Virus record (IMG/VR): IMGVR_UViG_3300009605_004544
Span: 1-64,000 of that record
Length of the DNA stretch: 64,000 bases
Reading direction: 5' to 3' (one strand)
Source of the DNA: a virus
The position numbers and the translations under genes are program-made. The notes beneath the pieces were generated by a model. It did not search any database. It saw only the letters and a list, made by a program, of their open reading frames with translations, and was not told where the DNA came from. Shown here piece by piece: positions 27,226 to 36,672 of this stretch (positions are counted from its first letter, which is position 1; every line of letters begins with the position of its first letter).

Positions 27226-27855
27226 ATGCTTCGCCGCCAGTTTCTATCGTGTTGCGCTTGCCTGTTAACCGGATGTGGCAATGTTAATAGCGCACCATCG
27301 AAGTCAAAACAAAAAATATGTTCGCATCCCGACGCCTTGTCGATATATAATACGTATGACAAGTGGGGAAAAACAGAACTCACTTATCATATGTTAGACA
27401 GAGACACCAGACACATGAAAGCAGAAGAATGGGACGCGGTATGGGTTGAGTCTTTTCGTTGCTGGTCAGAGGTGTGTCCTCTAACTTTCAAGCTCATTGG
27501 CACCGGATCAGCAGGATGGCAAAAAGCGGACATAGTTATTGATGTTAATAGAACCGCCGAAGGCTTTGGCTCAAAGGGAAACATTTTGGCTTGGGCAGAA
27601 ATGCCTAATAGCTCCGACTGGGATGCGCAACTGTGGACTCAATTTGACAGGTCAGAGGACTGGGTTACAGAGAGAGACGATAGCAACGACGCTATTCTGC
27701 AAGGTGTTGCCGTTCATGAAATCGGACACCTTTTGGGGCTGGGACATTCCCAATACTTATCTTCTGTTATGTATCCGTACCACGTCTCAGACCTTATTAT
27801 TGCCCCACAGGAATACGATATAAGAGCAATACAGACTCTGTATGGAGAGAAGTAA
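27226..27855 (+). CDS. Matrixin (M10) zinc metalloprotease, Tat lipoprotein
   Basis: RRQFL + LTGC lipobox; ICSHPD cysteine-switch-like; HEIGHLLGLGHS; Met-turn SVMYP. Confidence 0.88.
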   Translation: MLRRQFLSCCACLLTGCGNVNSAPSKSKQKICSHPDALSIYNTYDKWGKTELTYHMLDRDTRHMKAEEWDAVWVESFRCWSEVCPLTFKLIGTGSAGWQKADIVIDVNRTAEGFGSKGNILAWAEMPNSSDWDAQLWTQFDRSEDWVTERDDSNDAILQGVAVHEIGHLLGLGHSQYLSSVMYPYHVSDLIIAPQEYDIRAIQTLYGEK

Positions 27856-27857
27856 TA

Positions 27858-28961
27858 ATGGCTGTTACCAATAAGATCAAATTTTTCAATCAGGAAAAAA
27901 CTACCGAGAGCGTTACCACTTCAGCAAGCTTTACTCTTCAGGGAACTATTCTGGATGCAGATAAGCTTACAGCTAATAACAGATACGTTATGGTAAGTTG
28001 GATTAACTGCAAAAGCCCCGGAACCAACGATGGTGGGAGCAAGCTTTCCTTTGAAGGAGGGGCCGGGGACATAACTGGGTCAGTGCAGCAACGTCACGAC
28101 ACCAACAGTGTAGGCATGGCTGTATCACATATAGGAGAATTCGTGGCGCCAGACCCTCCTGAGAATATTGGCATTTATAGAAAGAGAGTCGCCGGAAGTG
28201 CGGAAGAAGAGACGGCTTACGGACAATGCTTCGCAATAGATCTTTCCTTTTCAGGAGACAGCGGAAGCCTACAGGACGGCACTAATTATAGCAGCAGCAC
28301 CACCACTTCCACCAGAACGGAAGCTCCCGGCGGGGTTTTCCACAGTCATACAGTAAATCACGGGGGATCAAATTTAATTTTAGCCTCTGCTAAAGTATTT
28401 GACAATACAGATACGGCCTTGATTGGCCTGTATCTAGACACCGTTCTTATTGCTAGCGGTTCCCGATTTACGCAAGACCCAGCAGACATTAAGGAGGTTG
28501 TATTTGCAGTAGCGCAGAATATAACTGCCGGTCAAAAAGTTGAGATTAAAAATATTGACAACGATGTTGTGAATGCTGACTACACCTATGTTTTTGCCCT
28601 TAATCTCGATAGCTCTCCAGCCGCCTCAGAAACTGGCAAGATGACTAGCTGGACGGACTATGGTTCTAGCGGAAGCTGGGGGAGCAAGGTCATGGATGGA
28701 AATGCACAACCTTCTTTCATCGTAGCTATGGGACGCCAAACCAACGCAGGTATTGCATCTGGAAGGCCAGCAGGGGTCTCCTTAAGGAACAACACCGCAG
28801 GCGAATGGATGCTATTTAATAGCAGACCCAGTGGCGATTTCAGCCCCTTGTATTTTCCAGCTACGAATTATGGACAGGACACGGGCCAGAAAGAAACTTC
28901 GGTAATTGTAGGGGTTGGCACCATCAGTGATACCGGCGAAATAGAATTGGTGACGATTTAA
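27858..28961 (+). CDS. Ser/Thr/Gly-rich protein, possible virion/tail component
   Basis: 367 aa ORF with beta-rich composition; no recognised motif. Confidence 0.55.
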   Translation: MAVTNKIKFFNQEKTTESVTTSASFTLQGTILDADKLTANNRYVMVSWINCKSPGTNDGGSKLSFEGGAGDITGSVQQRHDTNSVGMAVSHIGEFVAPDPPENIGIYRKRVAGSAEEETAYGQCFAIDLSFSGDSGSLQDGTNYSSSTTTSTRTEAPGGVFHSHTVNHGGSNLILASAKVFDNTDTALIGLYLDTVLIASGSRFTQDPADIKEVVFAVAQNITAGQKVEIKNIDNDVVNADYTYVFALNLDSSPAASETGKMTSWTDYGSSGSWGSKVMDGNAQPSFIVAMGRQTNAGIASGRPAGVSLRNNTAGEWMLFNSRPSGDFSPLYFPATNYGQDTGQKETSVIVGVGTISDTGEIELVTI

Positions 28962-28998
28962 GATTTTTTGAGAATGACCCCTCCGCTTTAGGAAAAGG

Positions 28999-29008
28999 GG
29001 GGTATAAT
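28999..29008 (+). promoter_or_regulatory. Putative promoter GGGGTATAAT
   Basis: Intergenic TATAAT before the ssb operon. Confidence 0.5.
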
Positions 29009-29055
29009 AGGGCATGGTCACAAGGGTTTTATAGGATCTAACAAAAAGGAAAAAT

Positions 29056-29283
29056 ATGAAAACCACAGAAACGACCGATTGGAACCTCCTTCTTTCGAAC
29101 AAGTGTGCTGTAAAGACACTTAATAAGTTCGCAACAGGTGACGAGACAACGAAGGCGGTTACATCCTGCTTTACCAACACCCCAAAGGCAGGAGAATTTA
29201 GGAAGCTCGTCAGAAATCATGGAACCACATACGCTCGCAGGCTGACTAGAAAAGCCCTGCGTTACCGAGGTCTTTTGAAGTAG
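29056..29283 (+). CDS. Small basic hypothetical protein
   Basis: AAGGA RBS; 75 aa; Arg/Lys-rich. Confidence 0.65.
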   Translation: MKTTETTDWNLLLSNKCAVKTLNKFATGDETTKAVTSCFTNTPKAGEFRKLVRNHGTTYARRLTRKALRYRGLLK

Positions 29284-29292
29284 GAGATTTGA

Positions 29293-29697
29293 ATGAGTGA
29301 TCTTAATGAAGTTATCGTCAGCGGTCGTCTCACTAGAGACTGTGAACTTAGGCACACCCCGACTGGCACCGCTGTTACAGACGTTATTATTGCCTCGAAC
29401 AGAATCTGGTCTAAAGACTCTGACAGGCAAGAGGAGACAACCTTTGTTGATGTTACTATTTGGGGGAAACAAGCCGAATCTCTCCATGAATATTTAGTAA
29501 AGGGCCGACACATCATGGTGGTCGGAAGACTCAAGCTAAATAAATGGGAAACTGAAGAGGGAGACAAGCGCAGTAAGCTCACCATGGTGGCGGAAAAGAT
29601 TAATCTTACGCCGGGTGGCCGATCAAACGGTGGAACACAATCACCTTCTAAGTCAGAAAAAGTGACCACCGAAGCAGCCGAAGAAGTCCCCTTTTAA
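29293..29697 (+). CDS. ssb: Single-stranded DNA-binding protein
   Basis: LN.VIV.GRLTRD.ELR.TP.G, F.DV.IWGKQAE, L.KG, acidic tail EEVPF. Confidence 0.95.
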   Translation: MSDLNEVIVSGRLTRDCELRHTPTGTAVTDVIIASNRIWSKDSDRQEETTFVDVTIWGKQAESLHEYLVKGRHIMVVGRLKLNKWETEEGDKRSKLTMVAEKINLTPGGRSNGGTQSPSKSEKVTTEAAEEVPF

Positions 29698-29723
29698 AGC
29701 CTAGAAACCCCTCTAGGAAACCT

Positions 29724-29767
29724 CAAGGCCCCTTATTTAGTTCGTGCTAGATAGGGGGTCTTGTTTG
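29724..29767 (+). terminator. Intrinsic terminator-like hairpin after ssb
   Basis: CAAGGCCCCTTATTTAG-TTCGTG-CTAGATAGGGGGTCTTG then TTTG. Confidence 0.65.
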
Positions 29768-29785
29768 TAACACAAGGAATTACAC

Positions 29786-29851
29786 ATGCTTGAAATTATG
29801 CTTTTTGCCATAGCCGCTTATATGGGTTCTTATTTTGTAGAAGAGGAATAA
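29786..29851 (+). CDS. 21 aa hydrophobic micropeptide (not in track)
   Basis: AAGGA RBS; MLEIMLFAIAAYMGSYFVEEE*; stop overlaps next ATG (TAATG). Confidence 0.45.
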   Translation: MLEIMLFAIAAYMGSYFVEEE

Positions 29852-30372
29852 TGCAGATGCCGAATGTCATTAGACGAACTTTATTTTTGAAGTGGTGGCT
29901 GTTTATTAGTACGGCCATGGCGGCAGCCGCATATCTATATCTGACAGGGGTATTCCACCTTTTATGGGAGGGGGATGCTACAAAATTAAGCTTTATACTG
30001 CTGCCCCTCTTTATGTTCATGTCTATTTGGTGTGGGTATAAGACATGGACGCTTAGTGTCTTTTTAGATTCAAACAAGACAGATAAATATATCGTAGAAA
30101 AAATTGAGCACCTCATGGAGGTTGGATGGTTTACAAGCGATCTTTGCTTAAGTATTGGAATGATGGGGACAGTGATTGGATTTATCATGATGCTTTCTGG
30201 ATTCTCGCAGGTAGACGTTGCTGATATGTCAACTGTTCAGGGAATGATCAAGGGGCTGGGCGTAGGAATGTCCACTGCGCTATATACTACTTTGACAGGA
30301 CTTGTATGTAGCGCTCTCTTGAAAATTCAATACTTCAATCTCAGCCAAGCAATTGATAAAGTACGCAAATGA
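29851..30372 (+). CDS. MotA/TolQ/ExbB proton-channel family protein
   Basis: 4 TM segments; IGMMGTVIGFI, GMSTALYTTLTGL. Confidence 0.85.
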   Translation: MQMPNVIRRTLFLKWWLFISTAMAAAAYLYLTGVFHLLWEGDATKLSFILLPLFMFMSIWCGYKTWTLSVFLDSNKTDKYIVEKIEHLMEVGWFTSDLCLSIGMMGTVIGFIMMLSGFSQVDVADMSTVQGMIKGLGVGMSTALYTTLTGLVCSALLKIQYFNLSQAIDKVRK

Positions 30373-31004
30373 AAAGAAACTACCACACGGAACTCGCCTT
30401 CCTTGACCTTTTATTCAACACCCTATTATGCTTCGCTGCCCTGTTCGCCCTATCCTTTATTCTTATAAACCCTAGCAAGCAGAATAAAAACGTAGAGGCT
30501 AAAGCGGACTTCATTATCACCGTCACTTGGCCTGCCGACATGGACGATGATGTAGACACTTATGTTGAAGACCCCGCAGGTAACCTTGTGGCGTTTATGA
30601 GACGCGAAGAGGGGCTAATGCATTTAGACCGTGACGACGTAGGGTTTCGTTCTGACCGCATAGAAACAATCGCTGGGATTGTAGAGTTTAAAGAAAACCG
30701 TGAGGTCGTCACCCTAAGAGGGACTTTCGCTGGTGAATATGTAGTGAATGTTCACATGTATACAAAGAGAAGCGGGGGCATCCCCACCCCGGTGTCAATC
30801 AGGCTTGAGAAATTGACCCCTTTTAAAATTGCTGCGGTCAGGGAAGTTACCCTGACAGATACAATCACAGAAGACGGCAAAAAAGCAGGTGAAGAAAAAA
30901 CCGCTTTCCGTTTCACTCTTAATAATAAAGGTGAAGTTATTGATGTAAACCATTTAGAAAAATCGCTGGCTCTTCGAACCCCACAAAACGCTCTACTGAA
31001 TTGA
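30369..31004 (+). CDS. MotB/ExbD-like TM (conserved Asp) plus YfaP/DUF2135-like soluble domain
   Basis: AFLDLLFNTLLCF TM; W...DDDVDTYVEDP.G, LDRDD.G, E.VT....GEYVVNVHMY. Confidence 0.65.
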   Translation: MKRNYHTELAFLDLLFNTLLCFAALFALSFILINPSKQNKNVEAKADFIITVTWPADMDDDVDTYVEDPAGNLVAFMRREEGLMHLDRDDVGFRSDRIETIAGIVEFKENREVVTLRGTFAGEYVVNVHMYTKRSGGIPTPVSIRLEKLTPFKIAAVREVTLTDTITEDGKKAGEEKTAFRFTLNNKGEVIDVNHLEKSLALRTPQNALLN

Positions 31005-31017
31005 TTTAGGCGTATAT

Positions 31018-31611
31018 ATGACAATCTCATTAATGTTTTTAAGTATGGCCATTCTGATTTTATGGTTTATCATAGGGTCAAAAGGTCATTGGGGAATTAA
31101 GACTACGGTTATTGCCCTTACATTGTATCTTTGTGTTTCTATCGGGGCTGCATTGCCCGATTTCGCGGGGTGGCCATCGGTAGCACCGCTCCCGTCCAAA
31201 TTTTTAGTCCACTGGCTAGTAGTCAAAGAGCCACCTAAAAAAACAAAGAAAGAAGGAGCTATTTATGTTTGGGCTACGTCGCTTTCCGACGATGCTGGGG
31301 AAAAGAGGAAGGGATGGTACAGATTTTTAATTCCATTCTCGTCTATTGATACTTCCGAACCCCGTGTATACAAAACTCCGTACTCCATAGATAGCCACAA
31401 AGAAGCCGATGGGATTGTTAATAGAATTAAAGACGGCAAAGTTGTCGTAGGGGAACGTGGAAAAGGGAAGGGTGGGGAAGGCAAAGGAAAGGACGGAAAG
31501 AATGGATCAGGCACAGAAGGAAGAGACGGCAACGGCGAAGGAAGTTTCAGCTTAAGCGAAGACGTGAACTTTCAAGATCTTCCTCCAGCCTCACTGCCAG
31601 ATAAAAACTAA
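31018..31611 (+). CDS. Membrane protein with Gly/Lys-rich tail
   Basis: Two N-terminal TMs, GWP, IYVW, PRVYK.PY, GKGKGGEGKG tail. Confidence 0.7.
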   Translation: MTISLMFLSMAILILWFIIGSKGHWGIKTTVIALTLYLCVSIGAALPDFAGWPSVAPLPSKFLVHWLVVKEPPKKTKKEGAIYVWATSLSDDAGEKRKGWYRFLIPFSSIDTSEPRVYKTPYSIDSHKEADGIVNRIKDGKVVVGERGKGKGGEGKGKDGKNGSGTEGRDGNGEGSFSLSEDVNFQDLPPASLPDKN

Positions 31612-31624
31612 GGATTGTAGTATA

Positions 31625-32734
31625 ATGAAAAAATTAAACCTCTTTACGCCCATTAGCAGCCTCGGGTACGGTGTGGTAGGGTTGAATCTTTTAAAATCGC
31701 TATCTGTGGACACGGAGATAGCATTATTTTTGATAGGAAATCTGGAAGGCACAGAGGAGGAGGTGGGCCTAGCCAAGGAAGCCATGGCAAGAGGAGATAT
31801 ATTTGAAGACTTTAGTGACGCCCCCTCTTTAAAAGTTTGGCATGAGTTTGCTCTAGCAGAACGTATTGGAGGAGGCCCCTCTTTTGCGTTTCCCTTTTTT
31901 GAAATTAACACGCTAGACAAGAGAAGGATTAATCATTTACTCTCTGTTGACGGAGTTCTAGTTGCGTCAGAATGGGCTAAGAATGTTATTAAAAATCATG
32001 CCTATCTACCTCCCCTCATAAGCGTCGTACCTCTAGGGGTAGACCTCTCGATCTTTACGCCGGGACCACACGAGACTACAGAGAATTGTGTGTTTTTGAA
32101 TTGCGGGAAATGGGAAAAGCGTAAAGGTCACGATGTTCTTTTAGAGATGTTTAAAACCGCCTTTCCAGATGAAAATGATGTCGAACTCTGGATGATGTCT
32201 TCTAATCCGTTTTTATCAGAAGAGACTGGTCTAGCGAAGTTCCGTCACGAATGGGAGCGGTATTATCGAAGTGACTCTAGAGTGAGACTACTTGACAGGG
32301 TGCCGACGCACCATGAGGTTGCACAAGTTATGGCGTCTGCTAATTGCGGGATATTCCCAAGCCGAGCAGAAGGATGGAACTTAGAACTATTAGAAATGAT
32401 GTCCATGGGCAAGCATGTCATCGCAACTAATTATTCTGCTCACACAGAATTTTGCAACGATCAAAACGCTAGTCTAATAGAAATTGAAGACTTAGAAAAG
32501 GCTGAAGACGGTATATTTTTTGACGGCGCTGTAGGTGAATGGGCTTCGTTAGAGGGGGCACCGTTTGATCAGGCCGTAGAACACATGCGTTCTTTTTATG
32601 AGTACTGGAAATCTGACAGGGAGCAGCAATACAACATGGAAGGTGTCGAAACAGCAAAACAATTAACATGGACGAAAACCGCCAGCAGGATTAAGGAAAC
32701 TATCTATGGAAATCAGGATACGTCGTCTGTCTGA
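31625..32734 (+). CDS. GT4 glycosyltransferase
   Basis: GYG, VPLGVD, GKWEKRKG.D, PSRAEGWNL..LE.M..GK.VIATN. Confidence 0.9.
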   Translation: MKKLNLFTPISSLGYGVVGLNLLKSLSVDTEIALFLIGNLEGTEEEVGLAKEAMARGDIFEDFSDAPSLKVWHEFALAERIGGGPSFAFPFFEINTLDKRRINHLLSVDGVLVASEWAKNVIKNHAYLPPLISVVPLGVDLSIFTPGPHETTENCVFLNCGKWEKRKGHDVLLEMFKTAFPDENDVELWMMSSNPFLSEETGLAKFRHEWERYYRSDSRVRLLDRVPTHHEVAQVMASANCGIFPSRAEGWNLELLEMMSMGKHVIATNYSAHTEFCNDQNASLIEIEDLEKAEDGIFFDGAVGEWASLEGAPFDQAVEHMRSFYEYWKSDREQQYNMEGVETAKQLTWTKTASRIKETIYGNQDTSSV

Positions 32735-33128
32735 GAGCGCCATCATACCCACCAAAGCGAACAGTTCGGACGCTGGGTGGGACTTGTATGCGGCCGAGGA
32801 CGCCATTATCGACCCGATGAATCGTGAATTGGTATCGACTCAAATAGCCATGGCTATTCCCGAAGGCTTTGTAGGCCTTATATGGGATAGGTCTGGCATG
32901 GCCGCTAAGAGAGGAGTTCACCGTTTTGCAGGAGTCATTGATAGTGGATATCGCGGAGAGATCAAGGTTTGCCTTTGGAACGCCTCTAACAAATACTGCA
33001 TTGTAACTAAAGGAGAAAGGGTGGCGCAAATTCTTTTCCAGCAGGTTCCGTCTTTTACTTTGAAAGAGGTTTCTACTCTTGAAGAAACAGAGCGAGGAGA
33101 AGGAGGCTTTGGAAGTAGCGGGCTATGA
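32706..33128 (+). CDS. dut: dUTPase (trimeric)
   Basis: AGWDL, RSG, GVIDSGYRGE, GER.AQ, RGEGGFGSSG. Confidence 0.95.
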   Translation: MEIRIRRLSESAIIPTKANSSDAGWDLYAAEDAIIDPMNRELVSTQIAMAIPEGFVGLIWDRSGMAAKRGVHRFAGVIDSGYRGEIKVCLWNASNKYCIVTKGERVAQILFQQVPSFTLKEVSTLEETERGEGGFGSSGL

Positions 33129-34234
33129 AGATCAACAAGGATGTAAAGCTAGATTTTGATGACGTGCTGCTAGTTCCCCATAGAACAAAAACAGCGTCTC
33201 GTAAAAATGTAACCATCGAACGCAAGTTTCAATTTTATCATTCCACACGTCATTGGAATGGCACTCCGATAGTCGCTGCGAACATGGATACTACCGGGAC
33301 GTTTGCCATGGGGGATGCCCTAATAAGGCATAATATGGTAACTTGCATTCATAAATATTACAATCTAGAAGAGCGTGTTGAAAAATTCACCTCTTACCCA
33401 ATTGAAGGGGTGTGGTATAGCTTGGGAATTAAACACTCTGAATTTGAAGAACTGTGTCGCTTTGTTGAATCTACAGGCACTGTGCCTAATATCTGCATCG
33501 ATGTTGCCAACGGCTATACCGAAAACTTTGTAGAATTTTGTGCCAAGGTACGAGACAATTTTAACGACACCCCCATAATCATGGCTGGAAACGTTTGCAC
33601 CCCCGAGATGGTTCAGGAGCTAATACTACACGGGGGTGTTGATATTGTTAAAATAGGTATCGGCCCCGGTTCCGCATGCACCACACGCCTAAAGACGGGG
33701 GTGGGATATCCTCAATTTTCAGCCATTATAGAATGTTCACATGCCGCACATGGCCTTAAGAGCGAGGAAAGAAGAATGGGTCTTGTATGTGCTGATGGAG
33801 GATGTCGCACCGCAGCCGATGTTTGCAAAGCCTTCGCTGCAAATGCAGATTTTGTCATGCTGGGTGGGATGCTGGCAGGAACAGACGAATGCGAAGGGGA
33901 GTGGCAATATGAGGGATGGATTAGCTCTCCGTGTGGAATGAGAATACAAAAAGGGAATTCCTCAAAACCTAATCAAAAAAAGTCTCTTAAATTCTATGGG
34001 ATGTCTTCTAAAAAAGCACAAGACAAACATGGAGAAGGGCTGAAGGACTATCGAAGTAGCGAAGGGCGTGTATTTGAAGTTCTCTACAAAGGCTCCGTAG
34101 ACGGCATTATTCAGGATCTCTTAGGTGGTATTCGAAGTTGCTGTGCCTATATTGGTGCAACCTCCCTAAAAGATATGGCAAAATGTGCTGAATTCATACA
34201 AGTAAATCGGACCCACTTTGATCAATCCACATAG
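33125..34234 (+). CDS. guaC: GMP reductase
   Basis: LDFDDVL, ANMDTTGTF, IDVANGY, GIGPGSACTTR, ADGG, FYGMSS, SEG. Confidence 0.92.
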   Translation: MKINKDVKLDFDDVLLVPHRTKTASRKNVTIERKFQFYHSTRHWNGTPIVAANMDTTGTFAMGDALIRHNMVTCIHKYYNLEERVEKFTSYPIEGVWYSLGIKHSEFEELCRFVESTGTVPNICIDVANGYTENFVEFCAKVRDNFNDTPIIMAGNVCTPEMVQELILHGGVDIVKIGIGPGSACTTRLKTGVGYPQFSAIIECSHAAHGLKSEERRMGLVCADGGCRTAADVCKAFAANADFVMLGGMLAGTDECEGEWQYEGWISSPCGMRIQKGNSSKPNQKKSLKFYGMSSKKAQDKHGEGLKDYRSSEGRVFEVLYKGSVDGIIQDLLGGIRSCCAYIGATSLKDMAKCAEFIQVNRTHFDQST

Positions 34235-34239
34235 GGTTT

Positions 34240-34250
34240 GGGTGTATAAT
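34240..34250 (+). promoter_or_regulatory. Putative phage promoter GGGTGTATAAT
   Basis: Intergenic copy of the recurring motif, 40 nt before ATG 34291. Confidence 0.55.
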
Positions 34251-34290
34251 AGAGTGAGCCATTCTTTCCTGCCACAGAAGGGGTCTCCCC

Positions 34291-34743
34291 ATGCTTAGCT
34301 TTATTCTAGAGAAATTTAAAAAGTGGCGTAGGGGGACTGGATTTTTAGCTCAAGACGACCCTCCTACTGTGCAAGACCAGACAGGCCAAGACGATCAAGA
34401 CGAACCGCTGGAAAACCCATCTACAACGATAGTCGTGAATCTTAGAGAAGACGGAGAATTTACGGTAGCTTTAGACTTTATGAGAACGGGAGATGAGGTT
34501 TCTGATATTACAGGCACGATGCTCCACATGGTTAATTCAGGCCTTATGGCTGAATATTTTGTAGAAGCCTTGAATTTGTGGGCAGAAGAAAAGGAACAGA
34601 AGAAGTTTGTTTTGAAAATAGTGAAGCGTTGGAGGTCTCTATACGACGAAGTAAACGCGGAAGACAAAACAGTTCTTGCTCCATCCAAACTAGCAGTCGA
34701 TCCGACAGATGTTTTTGGCTTGAGGCGTTTGCAACAGAAATGA
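34291..34743 (+). CDS. Hypothetical protein
   Basis: 150 aa ORF. Confidence 0.7.
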   Translation: MLSFILEKFKKWRRGTGFLAQDDPPTVQDQTGQDDQDEPLENPSTTIVVNLREDGEFTVALDFMRTGDEVSDITGTMLHMVNSGLMAEYFVEALNLWAEEKEQKKFVLKIVKRWRSLYDEVNAEDKTVLAPSKLAVDPTDVFGLRRLQQK

Positions 34744-34791
34744 AGAAGACTCAATTACCATTTTCTAATAATAACCACAAGAGGTGTTATT

Positions 34792-35265
34792 ATGAGCCGT
34801 GTACCCGCCCCTAAAGGATACGATGTATACTGGGAAAAATGGATAGACGCTTTTGAAGAAGATCAAGAGGTCTCTTCTGACGAGACTGGCGAGACGGACG
34901 AAGAACCCTCGTATGAAACGTTTGAGTACGGTGACGAAGAAGAGGGCCATCTCAGCGAAGAAGACATATTTCAAGACTCAGTCTCACATATTCAAAGTAT
35001 CGTAACTCCGTTTGGGATTCTTCCCATAACCGAACAAAATAGGGCAAGCACCTATTTTAAATTATGGGTAGGCCACTGTAATTTTAAGCTTACGGAAGAT
35101 TTCTACAAAATTATAGGGCGTGAAGGTGGGGTGGAGGCTCTAGATATCCTTACTCCGTATAGATTTAGAATAGCGGTTGGTAAGATGTTTGTAGACAGGC
35201 ATGTCATGAAGGCCGTGCGAGATAAAATGGTCTTATATGCAAGTGGCAAAACTGACGATGAATAA
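34792..35265 (+). CDS. Hypothetical protein with acidic N-terminal half
   Basis: GAGGTG RBS; W.GH.NF, GVEALD..TPYRFRIAVGK.F. Confidence 0.75.
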   Translation: MSRVPAPKGYDVYWEKWIDAFEEDQEVSSDETGETDEEPSYETFEYGDEEEGHLSEEDIFQDSVSHIQSIVTPFGILPITEQNRASTYFKLWVGHCNFKLTEDFYKIIGREGGVEALDILTPYRFRIAVGKMFVDRHVMKAVRDKMVLYASGKTDDE

Positions 35266-35941
35266 AAGAAACCGTCTTATCCCCATACCAAAGGCGGCGA
35301 TTTCAGAAGTCCACGATTATGATGTCATAATATCTAGTCGTGAGATATTTTTAAGTGGTTACGACCAAGAGGAATATCTTGAAGTAGATTATAGAGTAGC
35401 TACGAGGTTTATTAAAAACCTAAGAGTATTAGAGAGTCTCAGTTCCGATCCAATAGTCATTCACCAATATAGCGCGGGGGGCGAATGGGAAAGCGGAATG
35501 GCTATATACGACGCCATACAGCATAGTGAGGCGTCTTTTGTTTTTATATGTCACGGACTGGCTGCCTCTATGGGGAGTATCATCCCACAGGCTGTCCACG
35601 GCAAGGGTGTCAGGCTAACGATGCCCAATTGTTACTGGTGTATCCATGAGGGTGAGCAGTCAATGGAGGGAACAGTCAAGCAAGTCCGGTCCTATTATGA
35701 ATTCTGTAAACTTAGCGGGACGCGAATGTATGACATATACTCTGATGTCTGCTATGAGACGGGTGCATATTTCCAAGACATTCCTAAAGCCAAAGTTAAG
35801 GAGTTTGTAAAGCATAGGCTAGAGTCAAAGGAAGACTGGTGGCTAACCGCAGAAGATGCGGTTATATACGGGTTTGTTGATGGAATAATTGGTTCTGAAA
35901 ATTACGAATCAATCTTAGATGCGCGGGATCATTTGGTGTAA
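35258..35941 (+). CDS. clpP: ClpP-like protease (S14)
   Basis: S.GG....G.AIYD, GLAASMG (Ser), IHE (His), DWWLTAEDA..YG.VD (Asp). Confidence 0.85.
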   Translation: MNKRNRLIPIPKAAISEVHDYDVIISSREIFLSGYDQEEYLEVDYRVATRFIKNLRVLESLSSDPIVIHQYSAGGEWESGMAIYDAIQHSEASFVFICHGLAASMGSIIPQAVHGKGVRLTMPNCYWCIHEGEQSMEGTVKQVRSYYEFCKLSGTRMYDIYSDVCYETGAYFQDIPKAKVKEFVKHRLESKEDWWLTAEDAVIYGFVDGIIGSENYESILDARDHLV

Positions 35942-36021
35942 TACTATAGTATAGGGAAGGACTATTTCACATGTAAGGACTCAAAGGAAATTTATCGTCT
36001 CTGTAAAGAGAGGGTTTTATT

Positions 36022-36618
36022 ATGGCGTTTATCACTAATATTACGACTACACCGGTTACTGGCAGCTATGGAGATAATGGGCTGCCCCTGTATGTTGACA
36101 ATCGTCACGGAAATATTCGTGACGGGGGAACAATTGCAGATTCAACCAACTGGTCATCGTCTGCTTTAGGCGAAGGCAATCCTATTATTACCATCGTTTC
36201 TGGCGTTGGACCGGTCGAGGGAGCAGTCCCCGGCACTTTCAATCAGGGAACACAGGTAATGATGATTGCTTCGACCACTATTGCTGGAGAGTCTAGCACC
36301 GTTATGGAAGGTGGAGACTCCAACAGTGCCAACGTCGCTTATTCTCCGTTACAGTTAGATGTTCTTAGAACATATTTCTATAAGACGGCAGTACGGCAGG
36401 GCAACTGGAATATCTTCACCGGAGCGTTTAGTTCTGTCACTAACGCCGTGTCTGGCGCATACAACATCACCACAGCCGTCGATGACGCTGCTGGAATGCG
36501 TGCTGCCCAAACCGACGTTGCTGCTAATCCGTCTCAGGATACTCCGGGTCGCCTCGTCTTCCGCGATGGCAGTCCTGATCCTGTGCAGAGCGGATATCAC
36601 GCACGGTATAACTGGTAA
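36022..36618 (+). CDS. Thr/Gly/Ser-rich probable virion protein
   Basis: Preceded by a TGGTGTAATA motif and followed by a terminator; composition. Confidence 0.6.
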   Translation: MAFITNITTTPVTGSYGDNGLPLYVDNRHGNIRDGGTIADSTNWSSSALGEGNPIITIVSGVGPVEGAVPGTFNQGTQVMMIASTTIAGESSTVMEGGDSNSANVAYSPLQLDVLRTYFYKTAVRQGNWNIFTGAFSSVTNAVSGAYNITTAVDDAAGMRAAQTDVAANPSQDTPGRLVFRDGSPDPVQSGYHARYNW

Positions 36619-36635
36619 TCTGATGTCATAATTAC

Positions 36636-36672
36636 GAGGAGGGGGCCTTGGGAAGCCGAGGCCCCTTTTCTC
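36636..36672 (+). terminator. Intrinsic terminator
   Basis: GAGGAGGGGGCCTTGG-GAAG-CCGAGGCCCCTTTTC followed by a pyrimidine tract. Confidence 0.7.

Noticed and set aside
29851-31004. Canonical Zorya or flagellar stator
   Set aside because: No long ZorA tail, no OmpA-like peptidoglycan-binding domain, no zorC/D/E or flagellar genes
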